A stretch of 64,000 nt of DNA from an uncultured Planctomycetales bacterium (GCA_964572155.1 CAZNDZ010000001.1:910290-974289), one strand, 5' to 3'. Counted from the stretch's first letter, positions 40,401 to 48,843 are shown. A program made the numbers and translations. The notes: a model not told the origin generated them from the sequence alone.

Positions 40401-41774
40401 AATGGACATTTGAGATTTTCATTTCCTGTTAGAACTATCCAATGGATGGAAGAAGTTGGCAGAGGTAAGATTTTTAGAGTCGAGAAGGAGTACCCCTCAC
40501 TAGATTTTGATGCAATCTTGGATGTGCAATATATGATTAAGGAGGGATACCTTCGAGAAGTTATTTCTTATAAAGCCATATTTGCATCGTTTGTAAGAAG
40601 CGCATTTTCTAGATTGATAGCATTTGATCAATCATTACCAAAGATATATTTGATGAGTGGGTATGCTTTGAATGATCTTGTCAGCAATTTGCGTTTTAGA
40701 TTTCTACGGAGAATGATTAACGAATATGGTTTCAAAGCAGTAATCAAAATACAAAACCAACTACATCTCAACGATCCTCGCTTAGAGCGTATTATTTTAG
40801 AAAGAATACACCAACAGTCAAATAATCTTCGTTGGATATTCGAAGTAGAAACAGATCTGGGAGAGTTTATATTTAAGACAGATAGAGATTTGCCATGGGA
40901 CAAAAGAGTAAGATTGGCTTTGAAAATGAAGTTAAAAGATTTTCAATTAAAAACGAATACAGGATTTGATTTTAAAAGTACATATGAAAGTCTATATCAG
41001 GACTTTGTTAAAGAGTCAGGCATTTCAAATCAATCCATGAGCTCTAATCTAAACGGAGCTAAAATATCTAGAAGAGGAATAATTGCTGGTGCGGTTGGTT
41101 TGGGTTTGGCGAGAGTGTTACCTAAGGCTTCTGCGCAACCAGTGAACATTGAGTCAGTGAGAATAATAAACCCTAAAACTTCTTTTGGATATTCTATATT
41201 TGAATGGGATGCGATGAAAGAAGAGGAAAATCTTAGAATAAGTTTGAAAGCTGCAGACGCGCTTGCACAGATATATTTAATGAAAGATCCAAGATCTAAG
41301 TTGTCTGATTTTCTTGAGGTGGCAAAGAATGCTGCATCTGATGAAGATAGAAATACAATGCGATGGGTGTTTCATGTGCTTGATAAACGGGGGGATAGTT
41401 GGACAGATAAAATTAATTGGGATAATAAAGCGGATGTGGATGCGCAGTTTAAGCGAGTCTATGATGACGGGTCTAATGAGCTGAGAAAGTCGGCAAATAT
41501 AGCATTAGGAAAGTATTGGTCGCCGGAATTATTAAAAGCGGTTTTGGCAAAAGATAAGGCTATGAACGTAGATACGAATCAGGATCTTGGTGGTATTGAT
41601 TTTAATGCTGATAAAATGAAGTTAGAGCTTCAGAATTCTGGAGATAGCATTAAGTTTCAGATGGATGCGGCAGAGCTTAAGCAATTGCAGGATGCGTCTG
41701 GGTTTACGCCGGTTATTGTGAATATTCAACCAATGACGGATTTGAAATTGTTTTTGGGTTTGTCTCAAAAATAA
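37407..41774 (+). CDS. Giant Sec-secreted modular protein, paralog B, with conserved N- and C-terminal modules and unique central cargo including a class-I methyltransferase-like segment
   Basis: 1455 aa. Signal peptide 'MHKSLIYILIVAFACGTLCPNRVLA|NE'. The N-terminal ~300 aa after the signal and the C-terminal ~55 aa are highly similar to ORF 5387..8383. The middle is AT-rich and unique. Confidence 0.85.
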   Translation: MHKSLIYILIVAFACGTLCPNRVLANELVLPAPGTMVHLSPSVDTPILKGIKVHPENPFKFDFVLSQGDATSNLNVTSNKLVKYFLAALTTPEKDMWVNLSPYEKDRIVPEHFGTTEMGRDLLAQDYLLKQITASLVYPEGEVGQAFWKKVYALSPNKNIPVNTFNKVWIVPNKAVVYENAKAGSAYVVESSLKVMTEQDYLADTKNKSTSTNNQVVRDIVIPQLTKEVNEGSNFAQLRQVYNSLILATWYKKKIKDSILSQVYADKNKVAGVNIEDPQEKQKIYQRYLEAFKKGAYNYIKEEQDPVTHQIIPKKYFSGGISATNFSNQAMTVTTDPSNIQKGMNGDNLKIVSVSIDRAQIVPIVPIASVNVNEGVTNKWLGNHLDQIDMFQAFEILNEEHPEFKKLEEQENKILVIGGTVEEVNFLIRRYPKSSITVVSLNESDLRGLQAFESNMGVGKINGLFLGDVRDLTAREIPDDSFDIVFSHGIDSSTFLSEVDATKVLQGIASQEMRMLKAGGLLYHPYIGDKNALKQYYSQQSEAGSLKELKSGKEYPEFFVKSMQGSTQLSKQIFDRAQASKKLVVTNRAKEILREVFDIGPGVWVKIRDLRKGEIAVQRGLSGSEHEGDYIGDGISEALNILNGKVDLEKRSYSRNDLDELTYAVTSHYALPFAMRFAVDDKIDPEIGLSEEHIYLKGMNPENLLQVALIPNRSQAYYWARRYLSLIEDLGIKFRPNSNGKVFSDSVKEIMKEIEFGKKTAYGRPIKNSDYINSKLSALFEKYEAPSQQVVNFISSGAMISERNMNVADNAQASSEGKMFGSVEYQAMKNEKDISVSVKDGQLILEGKEGVYKMPFFDSKDVQIGKRIGQRDENSNMGYRKIVFKNSVEFLGYMPELGSLTALESFLKTLSIVHTNPQAEAALPRIYGAYYNDRNEIELIVDKFDLPHPDSNYLTKDASVEVLDNTSQILSDGVLASIVLNGLNLSKVFEVDYTFIEANGHLRFSFPVRTIQWMEEVGRGKIFRVEKEYPSLDFDAILDVQYMIKEGYLREVISYKAIFASFVRSAFSRLIAFDQSLPKIYLMSGYALNDLVSNLRFRFLRRMINEYGFKAVIKIQNQLHLNDPRLERIILERIHQQSNNLRWIFEVETDLGEFIFKTDRDLPWDKRVRLALKMKLKDFQLKTNTGFDFKSTYESLYQDFVKESGISNQSMSSNLNGAKISRRGIIAGAVGLGLARVLPKASAQPVNIESVRIINPKTSFGYSIFEWDAMKEEENLRISLKAADALAQIYLMKDPRSKLSDFLEVAKNAASDEDRNTMRWVFHVLDKRGDSWTDKINWDNKADVDAQFKRVYDDGSNELRKSANIALGKYWSPELLKAVLAKDKAMNVDTNQDLGGIDFNADKMKLELQNSGDSIKFQMDAAELKQLQDASGFTPVIVNIQPMTDLKLFLGLSQK

Positions 41775-41807
41775 TGAAAAATATTATAAGCATGCTAATA
41801 TTGATTT

Positions 41808-42197
41808 ATGAAATCAACTACTAAGACTTGGATAGCTTTAGCAAAGAATGATTTATCCTTAGCTAAAGAGTTGGTTAAGAAGAAGGGGCGGTATCATTAT
41901 TGTGTTCACTTTTGTCATCAATCTTTAGAAAAGATGTTGAAGGCTATTATTAGCGAACGAACAAGATTGTTGCCATTACCGACACATAATTTTAAGACGT
42001 TGTTGGATCAAAGTGGGTTAAAAGATATTCCTGAAGATATTAAGATTTTCTTGTATGGGATGATACCTAATTATATAGGAACAAAATACCCTGAAGATAT
42101 TATGAAGCTTTATAAGAAGTATAATAAAATTTATGCTGATGGGGTTTTAAAGAGAACGGTTGAGGTTGTAAAATGGTTAGAAAAATTAGCGAGATAA
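41808..42197 (+). CDS. HEPN-domain protein (toxin-like component of a HEPN/MNT pair)
   Basis: 'CVHFCHQSLEKMLKAIISERTRLLPLPTHNFKTLL' (R-x6-H) and 'MIPNYIGTKYPED' match the HEPN (PF05168-type) consensus '..AEKALKA....THDL..LL...YYIEARYPD'. Confidence 0.75.
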   Translation: MKSTTKTWIALAKNDLSLAKELVKKKGRYHYCVHFCHQSLEKMLKAIISERTRLLPLPTHNFKTLLDQSGLKDIPEDIKIFLYGMIPNYIGTKYPEDIMKLYKKYNKIYADGVLKRTVEVVKWLEKLAR

Positions 42198-42499
42198 AGA
42201 GAATATTGGCCGAATATAAGGCTGAGTTAAAGACGCATGGCGTGCGCGTTTCTAAGATGTATTTATATGGCTCTTACGCAAATGGGAATCCAAAGTCTTA
42301 TAGTGATATTGATGTGGTGGTAATCTCGTCAGATTTGGCTAAGTATCCTGCATTAAAGCGTCAAGAGGTGTTGTCACAATGGACTATTCCAGTCAATGCG
42401 CCTTTAGAAGTAATTGGGTACACACCAAAAGAATTTAGTTTGGCTAAAGGAACAATTTTTGGCCAAATTCTAAATCAAACTGCAATATCGTTAAATTAA
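42173..42499 (+). CDS. Minimal nucleotidyltransferase (MNT) domain protein (antitoxin-like partner)
   Basis: 'MYLYGSYANGNPKSYSDIDVVVI' is the G-S-x9-D-x-D nucleotidyltransferase motif; overlaps the HEPN gene by 25 nt. Confidence 0.75.
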   Translation: MVRKISEIKRILAEYKAELKTHGVRVSKMYLYGSYANGNPKSYSDIDVVVISSDLAKYPALKRQEVLSQWTIPVNAPLEVIGYTPKEFSLAKGTIFGQILNQTAISLN

Positions 42500-42599
42500 G
42501 AATATTTTCTTCTTTTTGATTTGAATTTGACTCTCCTTCGCGTTAAGATTAAAACATAATTTGTGACCCACACTAACTCGGATTTGAATCCCAAAAGAA

Positions 42600-43091
42600 A
42601 TGTCTTTAAACTTTAGTCAGTACACTTTAGCCAAGTATTTAGATCAACTTTCTACCAAAGAGCCTGTTCCAGGTGGTGGGTCGGCGGCGGGTTTGTCGGC
42701 GGCGTTGGGTGCTTCGTTGTTGTCGATGGTGGCGAATTATTCGATTGGACGTAAGGTGAATACAAAGGCGGTTGAAACGCGCTTGGCAAAATCGTTGAAG
42801 GCCTCCGAAAGTATTCGCAAACGTTTATTGGAATTAACATCGCTAGATTCAGAGGCGTATTTGAGCATTGTCGCGGCACGTAAGGCGGATGCGGCAACGC
42901 AAAAGAAGGCTAGCCGTAACGCAGCGGCGGTTGGCAAAGAAATTTGTAAGTTGTGTTATAAGGCAATGGAATTGACACCTTTCTTAGTTGAAAAAGGAAA
43001 TCCATATTTAATTAGCGACGTGGAAGTGGCGGTTGAATTATTACAAGCGGGGTACATCGGTTCAATGGTTATGGTGAAGGTCAATCAATGA
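42600..43091 (+). CDS. Formiminotransferase-cyclodeaminase C-domain / methenyl-THF cyclohydrolase (FchA-like) protein
   Basis: 'PVPGGGSAAGLSAALGASLLSMV' and 'ISDVEVAVELLQAGYIGSMVMVKVN' match the FTCD_C/FchA family. Confidence 0.75.
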   Translation: MSLNFSQYTLAKYLDQLSTKEPVPGGGSAAGLSAALGASLLSMVANYSIGRKVNTKAVETRLAKSLKASESIRKRLLELTSLDSEAYLSIVAARKADAATQKKASRNAAAVGKEICKLCYKAMELTPFLVEKGNPYLISDVEVAVELLQAGYIGSMVMVKVNQ

Positions 43092-43921
43092 GTGCACAAA
43101 TTTTAGATGGCAAACAATTAGCAGCCAAGCTCATTGTTGATTTACAAGCACGCATTAGCAAACTTCATCAAAAGCCCGTCTTATTCGCCATCCATTTACT
43201 ACAAGATCCTTCGATAGAGTCTTATGCAGCCTCACAAGCAAAGACAGCGCAGAAATTAGGCATTGAATACCGTCGTGTTGATGCTTCAGGTAAGTCACAA
43301 GATGCGGTCATTGAAATCCTACAAGACATTCTAAAAAATCCTGACGCAGCCATTTTTATTTTTACCCCCACACCTAAAACGATCGATTTAAAAGTGATTT
43401 ATGATCGCATCCGCAATATACGCGGCATCGAAGGTGTTTATCCAAATAATGTAGGGTTATTGTTCTTAGGCTGGCAAGGTAGTGTTGAACCACCAACGCC
43501 TGCAGCAGCCATGCAATTATTAAAATCTACCAATGTTTCCCTAGCAGGCAAGACGGCAGTAATAATCGGCAGGTCAAATACTGTCGGTAAGCCTTTAATG
43601 CATTTATTATTAGCAGAAGATGTGACGGTTAGCGTTTGCCACTCTAAAACACCACAAGATCAAATGATTGCCATGCTCAAGTCGGCAGACATTGTGTGTG
43701 CGTGTTTGGGTAAACCATTTTTTGTGAAAAAGGATTGGGTTAAGCAAGGTGCGATGGTCATTGATATTGGTATCAATCAGGTTGATGGCAAGATTGTTGG
43801 CGATGTATCGCCGGATGTTAAGGATGTTGCTGGGTACTTGTCGCCGGTGCCTGGGGGTGTTGGGCCTGTGACATCGGTGTGTTTAATGGCTAATGTGATC
43901 GAAGTCTTGGAAAAAAAATAA
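43088..43921 (+). CDS. folD: Bifunctional methylenetetrahydrofolate dehydrogenase/cyclohydrolase
   Basis: 'MSAQILDGKQLAAKL', 'YAASQAKTAQK' (catalytic Lys context), and 'GGVGPVT' at the C-terminus. Confidence 0.85.
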   Translation: MSAQILDGKQLAAKLIVDLQARISKLHQKPVLFAIHLLQDPSIESYAASQAKTAQKLGIEYRRVDASGKSQDAVIEILQDILKNPDAAIFIFTPTPKTIDLKVIYDRIRNIRGIEGVYPNNVGLLFLGWQGSVEPPTPAAAMQLLKSTNVSLAGKTAVIIGRSNTVGKPLMHLLLAEDVTVSVCHSKTPQDQMIAMLKSADIVCACLGKPFFVKKDWVKQGAMVIDIGINQVDGKIVGDVSPDVKDVAGYLSPVPGGVGPVTSVCLMANVIEVLEKK

Positions 43922-43922
43922 T

Positions 43923-45089
43923 ATGTCGAAAATTGTTATCTTAGGTGATTCTCAAACAAGTATTAGTGCGATTGAAACGTTGCGTGCCAGTGGTTTTGAC
44001 GGCGAGATTGTACTTTTTTGTTCGCAAGGTGTTTTACCATTTGATGGGGATCTATTTGCGGCTTGGGTTGCCAAAGATGTGAAAGAAGCACAGGTGCACT
44101 TGAAGTTAGATAAGTTTTTTGAACAAAACAAAGTTGCGGTCATTGCCAATGAGAAGTTGACCCGCATTAGCACCAAACGTCATCAATTAACTACGGAAAA
44201 TAAAACACATGTTGCTTTTGATAAATTATTGATTACCGATTTACCTGCCGTAGCATACCCAGCGATCAAGGGTTGCCAAAAAGAAGGGGTTTATAACACA
44301 TATCATTTTCCGTCAGTAAAACATTTAACCAAGACCTTGCACGAGATTGATAATGCGATCGTGAAGGTGACCTGCCTTGAAGGTTTTGAATTTGGCTGTG
44401 CCTTGTCGCGCGCTGGCAAAGAAGTGGTGATGTTGGCGCCAAAAGAAGGTTTGTTGTCGAGCATCTTTGATGAAGAAACCTCGATGTTGCTTAAACAAAT
44501 CGTCGAAGCCAAAGGGATACGCGTTGTTTATGATGACATTGACGAAGTTTTAGGAGATACGAATGTTAAGGCTGTAAAGCTTGAGTCTGGTAAGGTTATG
44601 GCGGCCGAGGGCGTTATTTTTGATAATGTCACGCCAGATTTGAAAATATTGCAAGAAACAGACCTTTTGGTCGACGGTGTTTTTAAGGTTAACGAATTTC
44701 ATCAAACAACTATAGATGGTATTTTTGCCACAGGCACTGCACTTTCAGGATTTGGATTAATTAAAGATCAGTTGATCATGCAGGGCAAAGATGCAGCGTT
44801 AAATATGATCGAACCAAAACATAAGCTAGAGATGCCACAATTGATTGTGCGGGATTTTGGCACGAAGGTTTGCGATGGCTTTTATGGTGGGATTTTGCGT
44901 TTACCTGAAGGTGGTAAAGAGCACATGAAGTTTGATGGTCCGTCCAATGTCTACAAAAAGATTTACCTCGATAATGACAAGCTCGTTGGTGCCGTGTGGA
45001 TGAATGCGACGTTAGACAAGCCTCGCGTTGTTAAAGCATTACAAGATGCACAATTCTTGCCAGCTGGCCAAGAAGAACAATTCCTATGA
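43923..45089 (+). CDS. Pyridine-nucleotide-disulfide-oxidoreductase-family homolog with degenerate dinucleotide-binding motifs
   Basis: Two-Rossmann FAD/NAD reductase architecture ('KIVILGDSQTSISAIETLRASGFDGEIVLF'; 'KVTCLEGFEFGCALSRAGKEVVML'). Both GxGxxG motifs are replaced (GDSQTS and LEGFEFG). Confidence 0.45.
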   Translation: MSKIVILGDSQTSISAIETLRASGFDGEIVLFCSQGVLPFDGDLFAAWVAKDVKEAQVHLKLDKFFEQNKVAVIANEKLTRISTKRHQLTTENKTHVAFDKLLITDLPAVAYPAIKGCQKEGVYNTYHFPSVKHLTKTLHEIDNAIVKVTCLEGFEFGCALSRAGKEVVMLAPKEGLLSSIFDEETSMLLKQIVEAKGIRVVYDDIDEVLGDTNVKAVKLESGKVMAAEGVIFDNVTPDLKILQETDLLVDGVFKVNEFHQTTIDGIFATGTALSGFGLIKDQLIMQGKDAALNMIEPKHKLEMPQLIVRDFGTKVCDGFYGGILRLPEGGKEHMKFDGPSNVYKKIYLDNDKLVGAVWMNATLDKPRVVKALQDAQFLPAGQEEQFL

Positions 45090-47455
45090 GTGAGAAACAA
45101 GTTTTCCTAATTGATGCCTATGGTTTGATTTATCGGGCGTATTATGCCGTTAAATCCTTAACCAATAGCAAGGGCCAGCCCACCAACGCTGTTTATGGTT
45201 TTTGTAATATTTTGCGTAAGTTATTAGCCGATTTTAAACCCACCCATTTGGCCGTATGTTTTGATATGGCTAAGAAAACCTTACGCCAAGAAAAATATGC
45301 CGACTATAAAGCGCATCGTCAAGCCATGCCAGATGATTTGATTCCACAGATTGATACAATCCGAGACATTGTTAAAGCTTACAATATCCCCATTGTCGAA
45401 ATGGAAGGGCATGAGGCCGATGATATCATGGCGACCTTAGCCAAACGTTTTGGCAAACAGGGTACTGTTATCATTGTCACCGAAGATAAAGACATGGGGC
45501 AATTGGTTACTGATCATGTAAAAATTTATAGTGCCCGTCAAGAAAAGATCATCGAAGCCAAAGATGTTAAAGAAAAGTTTGGTGTGAATCCCAATCAAAT
45601 TGTGGATTATATTGCCATTGCGGGAGATACGTCTGACAATATCCCTGGGGTTAAAGGCATTGGCGAGGTTGGTGCTAAAAAATTGCTCGAAGAGTTTGGA
45701 ACGCTTGAGAATATTTATAAGAACCTTGAATCAATCAAGGCTCAGAAATTGCGCGAGAAATTAGAAGCTTCTAAGGCAGATGCGTTTATGAGCCAAGAAC
45801 TTGCAACACTTCATCCTGACGTGGATGTCGCCATCACTTTTGATGATATCAAAACCCAAGAGCCAAATCGAGCGCGCTTACTTGAGCTATTTCAAGATTT
45901 GGAATTCAAGCGCTTTGCCCAAGAATTGAGTATTGTTGATGCGCCTCCTGTAAACACAGCCAATGTTGATTTTAAAATCAATGTGCATGTGCCCCAAGAT
46001 GGTGGGGTTGATGTTGTTTATGATTTAAAAGCATTATTGAAATTAGGCGGGCATCAGTTTAAGGGCAAGGTGTTCGATGTTTATCTTGCTGGGTATTTAT
46101 TAAGCGGCGGACAAAAATTTGATGTGAGCACCTTGGCATGGAATTATTTGAAATCAAATGTGCACGCAGATATTTTAAAGGATTTATATGCGCCCATGCA
46201 TCAAGCGCTCAAAGATCAAGGGCTAGATGGACTATATTACAATATTGAATTGCCGCTCGTTTTTGTTTTAAACACCGTCGAACATAATGGCGTTAAGTTA
46301 GATAGAGATTTTTTATTAACGCTTTCTAAAGAGAGTCAAATTAAGATTGAACAGATACAGCAAGAATTGTTTAAAAGTGCTGGTTGTGAATTTAATATGA
46401 ATTCACCCAAGCAATTAAGTGAAATCTTATTTGAAAAATTAAAGTTGCCGGTTATTAAGAAGACAAAAACAGGTTTCTCGACGGATGAAGAAGTCTTAAC
46501 CCGTTTAGCCGAGAAGCATCCGTTGCCTGCTTTAATCTTGGAATATCGCCAAATAGCAAAATTAAAAAGTACTTATATCGATGCGCTACCTTTGCTCATG
46601 GATCCTAAAACCAATAAGGTCCATGCCACGTTTAATCAAGCAGGTGCGGAAACAGGGCGGTTAAGTTCGCATAATCCCAATTTACAAAATATTCCCATCC
46701 GTACAGATTTAGGCAAACGCATACGCCAAGCTTTTATCGCTTTTGATGATCACAGCACGTTATTGTCCGCCGATTATTCTCAGATTGAATTGCGCATCTT
46801 GGCGCATTTATCGAATGATGAAAATTTGATTAAAGCCTTTCAGCAAGACCAAGACATTCACCGCTATACCGCTTCGCTCATGTTTGACGTCAAAGAGTCT
46901 GAGGTCGACGATAAAATGCGTTATGCAGCCAAGCGCATTAATTTTGGCATCATTTATGGGATGAGTGCGTTTGGTTTATCTAAAGATTTGGATGTCTCGG
47001 TTAAGCAAGCCCAAGATTTCATAGATCGTTATTTCTTACGTTATCCTAAAGTGCATGCATATCTAGATGGTGAAGTTCAAAAGGCAAGGGATGTGGGTTA
47101 TTCGACCACCATGTTTAACCGTCGTCGCTATTTGCCAGATATTAATAATCGTAATGTAGGCTTACGTCAATTTGCAGAACGTCAAGCCATCAATGCGCCC
47201 ATCCAAGGCACGGCGGCAGATTTGATTAAAAAAGCCATGGTGGATATTGATCGCGCCATGCATCAAAAGAAATTAAAGTCTTTGATGATTATGACCGTCC
47301 ATGATGAATTGGTTTTTAACGTGCATCTGGATGAAGAAAAAGAAATGATAGATTTAGTTAAACGAAGCATGGAAGAAGCGTTAGAATTATCTGTACCCAT
47401 TAGAGTTACGGTCAAAATTGGCCAACAATGGCTTAACATGTCAGCAGTTCATTAA
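45086..47455 (+). CDS. polA: DNA polymerase I (5'-3' exonuclease + polymerase; proofreading domain apparently vestigial)
   Basis: 5'-nuclease N-terminus 'VFLIDAYGLIYRAYYA', pol motifs 'DYSQIELR' and 'QVHDEL'-like 'TVHDELVF'. 789 aa with no DxE exo I motif. Confidence 0.9.
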   Translation: MSEKQVFLIDAYGLIYRAYYAVKSLTNSKGQPTNAVYGFCNILRKLLADFKPTHLAVCFDMAKKTLRQEKYADYKAHRQAMPDDLIPQIDTIRDIVKAYNIPIVEMEGHEADDIMATLAKRFGKQGTVIIVTEDKDMGQLVTDHVKIYSARQEKIIEAKDVKEKFGVNPNQIVDYIAIAGDTSDNIPGVKGIGEVGAKKLLEEFGTLENIYKNLESIKAQKLREKLEASKADAFMSQELATLHPDVDVAITFDDIKTQEPNRARLLELFQDLEFKRFAQELSIVDAPPVNTANVDFKINVHVPQDGGVDVVYDLKALLKLGGHQFKGKVFDVYLAGYLLSGGQKFDVSTLAWNYLKSNVHADILKDLYAPMHQALKDQGLDGLYYNIELPLVFVLNTVEHNGVKLDRDFLLTLSKESQIKIEQIQQELFKSAGCEFNMNSPKQLSEILFEKLKLPVIKKTKTGFSTDEEVLTRLAEKHPLPALILEYRQIAKLKSTYIDALPLLMDPKTNKVHATFNQAGAETGRLSSHNPNLQNIPIRTDLGKRIRQAFIAFDDHSTLLSADYSQIELRILAHLSNDENLIKAFQQDQDIHRYTASLMFDVKESEVDDKMRYAAKRINFGIIYGMSAFGLSKDLDVSVKQAQDFIDRYFLRYPKVHAYLDGEVQKARDVGYSTTMFNRRRYLPDINNRNVGLRQFAERQAINAPIQGTAADLIKKAMVDIDRAMHQKKLKSLMIMTVHDELVFNVHLDEEKEMIDLVKRSMEEALELSVPIRVTVKIGQQWLNMSAVH

Positions 47456-47460
47456 ACCTT

Positions 47461-48843
47461 ATGAAAATTGTCTTTTGTGCCTCAGAGGTAGTCCCTTTTG
47501 CAAAGACCGGCGGTTTAGCCGATGTTTGTGGTTCTTTGCCGCCAGCCCTTGAAAAATTAGGGCATGAGGTTATCATCATCACCCCTCGGTATAAAGCGTC
47601 AAAAATTTCCATGCCGTCGCCCATTGTGCGTATTGGTGAAAACGTAAAGGTGTATTTCATTGAACACTCCCAATATTTTGGACGCGAAGGTTTGTATGGC
47701 GATGCCAGCGGGGACTATAAAGATAATTTAGAACGCTTCGCATATTTTTGTCATGCCGCGCTTAAGTTACTTAAAGAAATAAAATTCAGACCAGATATTG
47801 TACATTGTCATGATTGGCATACGAGTTTAATTCCTATTTTGCTTAAGACAAAATATGGTGATGATGATTTTTTTAAGAAAACCAAGTCGGTGTTGACCAT
47901 ACACAATTTGGCGTATCAAGGCGTTTTCCCAAAGAGTCAATATAGCAAGCTTAATGTCGAGGGGCATTTGTTCCATACTCAAGGGTTAGAGTTTTATGAT
48001 CAAATCAATGTGCTAAAAGGCGGCTTGATTTTTTCAGATGCTATCACGACGGTAAGCCCTCAATATGCCAAAGAAATTCAGACCGATGCGTTTGGTTGCG
48101 GCTTAGAGGGGGTTTTACGCAATCGAGTGAATGATGTGCATGGCATCTTAAATGGTTTAGATTACGATGCGTGGAATCCAAGTGACGATCCATTTTTAGA
48201 AACGCCGTTTAGTGCAGCAAACATCGAGGATAAAGCTCAGAATAAAGCAGCCTTGCAGGCGCTCATGGGCGTTGCAGTTTCTAAAAATACGCCATTGTTT
48301 GGTTTTGTGGCGCGCTTGTGTCATCAAAAAGGTTTGGATTTGATCATTGATGCGATGAATGAAGTTTTATCACTCGGAGCTCAAGTGGTGATCACGGGGC
48401 ACGGGGATAAAAGGTATCATCGCATGTTAGAAGAATGTGCTAGTTATTATCCAGATAGGGTTGGTTTGCATTTAAAATTTGACGAGCCTGTCGCGCATAA
48501 AGTTTATGCGGGCAGTGATTTCTTTTTAATGCCTTCGGTTTTTGAACCTTGTGGTTTGGGGCAAATGATTGCCTTGCGTTATGGGTCGATCCCGATTGTT
48601 TATCGCACCGGTGGTTTGGCAGATACCATCCGTTTATATGATGTGATTCACCAAACAGGCAATGGCTTTGTCTTTACGGAATATTCTAAGCCGTCCTTTG
48701 TTCGCGCCGTGGCTGAGGCTGTAAAAACGTATAAACATAAGCTGCACATGGACTTTTTATTAGCGCAGGCCATGCGCATACGTTTCTCTTGGGATAAAAG
48801 CGCTAAAGATTACGTCAGGATTTATCAGAAATGCCAGTCATAG
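47461..48843 (+). CDS. glgA: Glycogen (starch) synthase
   Basis: 'MKIVFCASEVVPFAKTGGLADVCGSLP' is a GT5 N-terminus; 460 aa. Confidence 0.85.
   Translation: MKIVFCASEVVPFAKTGGLADVCGSLPPALEKLGHEVIIITPRYKASKISMPSPIVRIGENVKVYFIEHSQYFGREGLYGDASGDYKDNLERFAYFCHAALKLLKEIKFRPDIVHCHDWHTSLIPILLKTKYGDDDFFKKTKSVLTIHNLAYQGVFPKSQYSKLNVEGHLFHTQGLEFYDQINVLKGGLIFSDAITTVSPQYAKEIQTDAFGCGLEGVLRNRVNDVHGILNGLDYDAWNPSDDPFLETPFSAANIEDKAQNKAALQALMGVAVSKNTPLFGFVARLCHQKGLDLIIDAMNEVLSLGAQVVITGHGDKRYHRMLEECASYYPDRVGLHLKFDEPVAHKVYAGSDFFLMPSVFEPCGLGQMIALRYGSIPIVYRTGGLADTIRLYDVIHQTGNGFVFTEYSKPSFVRAVAEAVKTYKHKLHMDFLLAQAMRIRFSWDKSAKDYVRIYQKCQS

Noticed and set aside
42513-42590. Direct 9-mer repeat GATTTGAAT (42519 and 42578) and loosely similar TTGATTT motifs flanking the HEPN/MNT pair, as possible insertion boundaries
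   Set aside because: They are too short and too AT-rich to distinguish from chance. They are not comparable in quality to the 31-bp repeats at 8389/9574.
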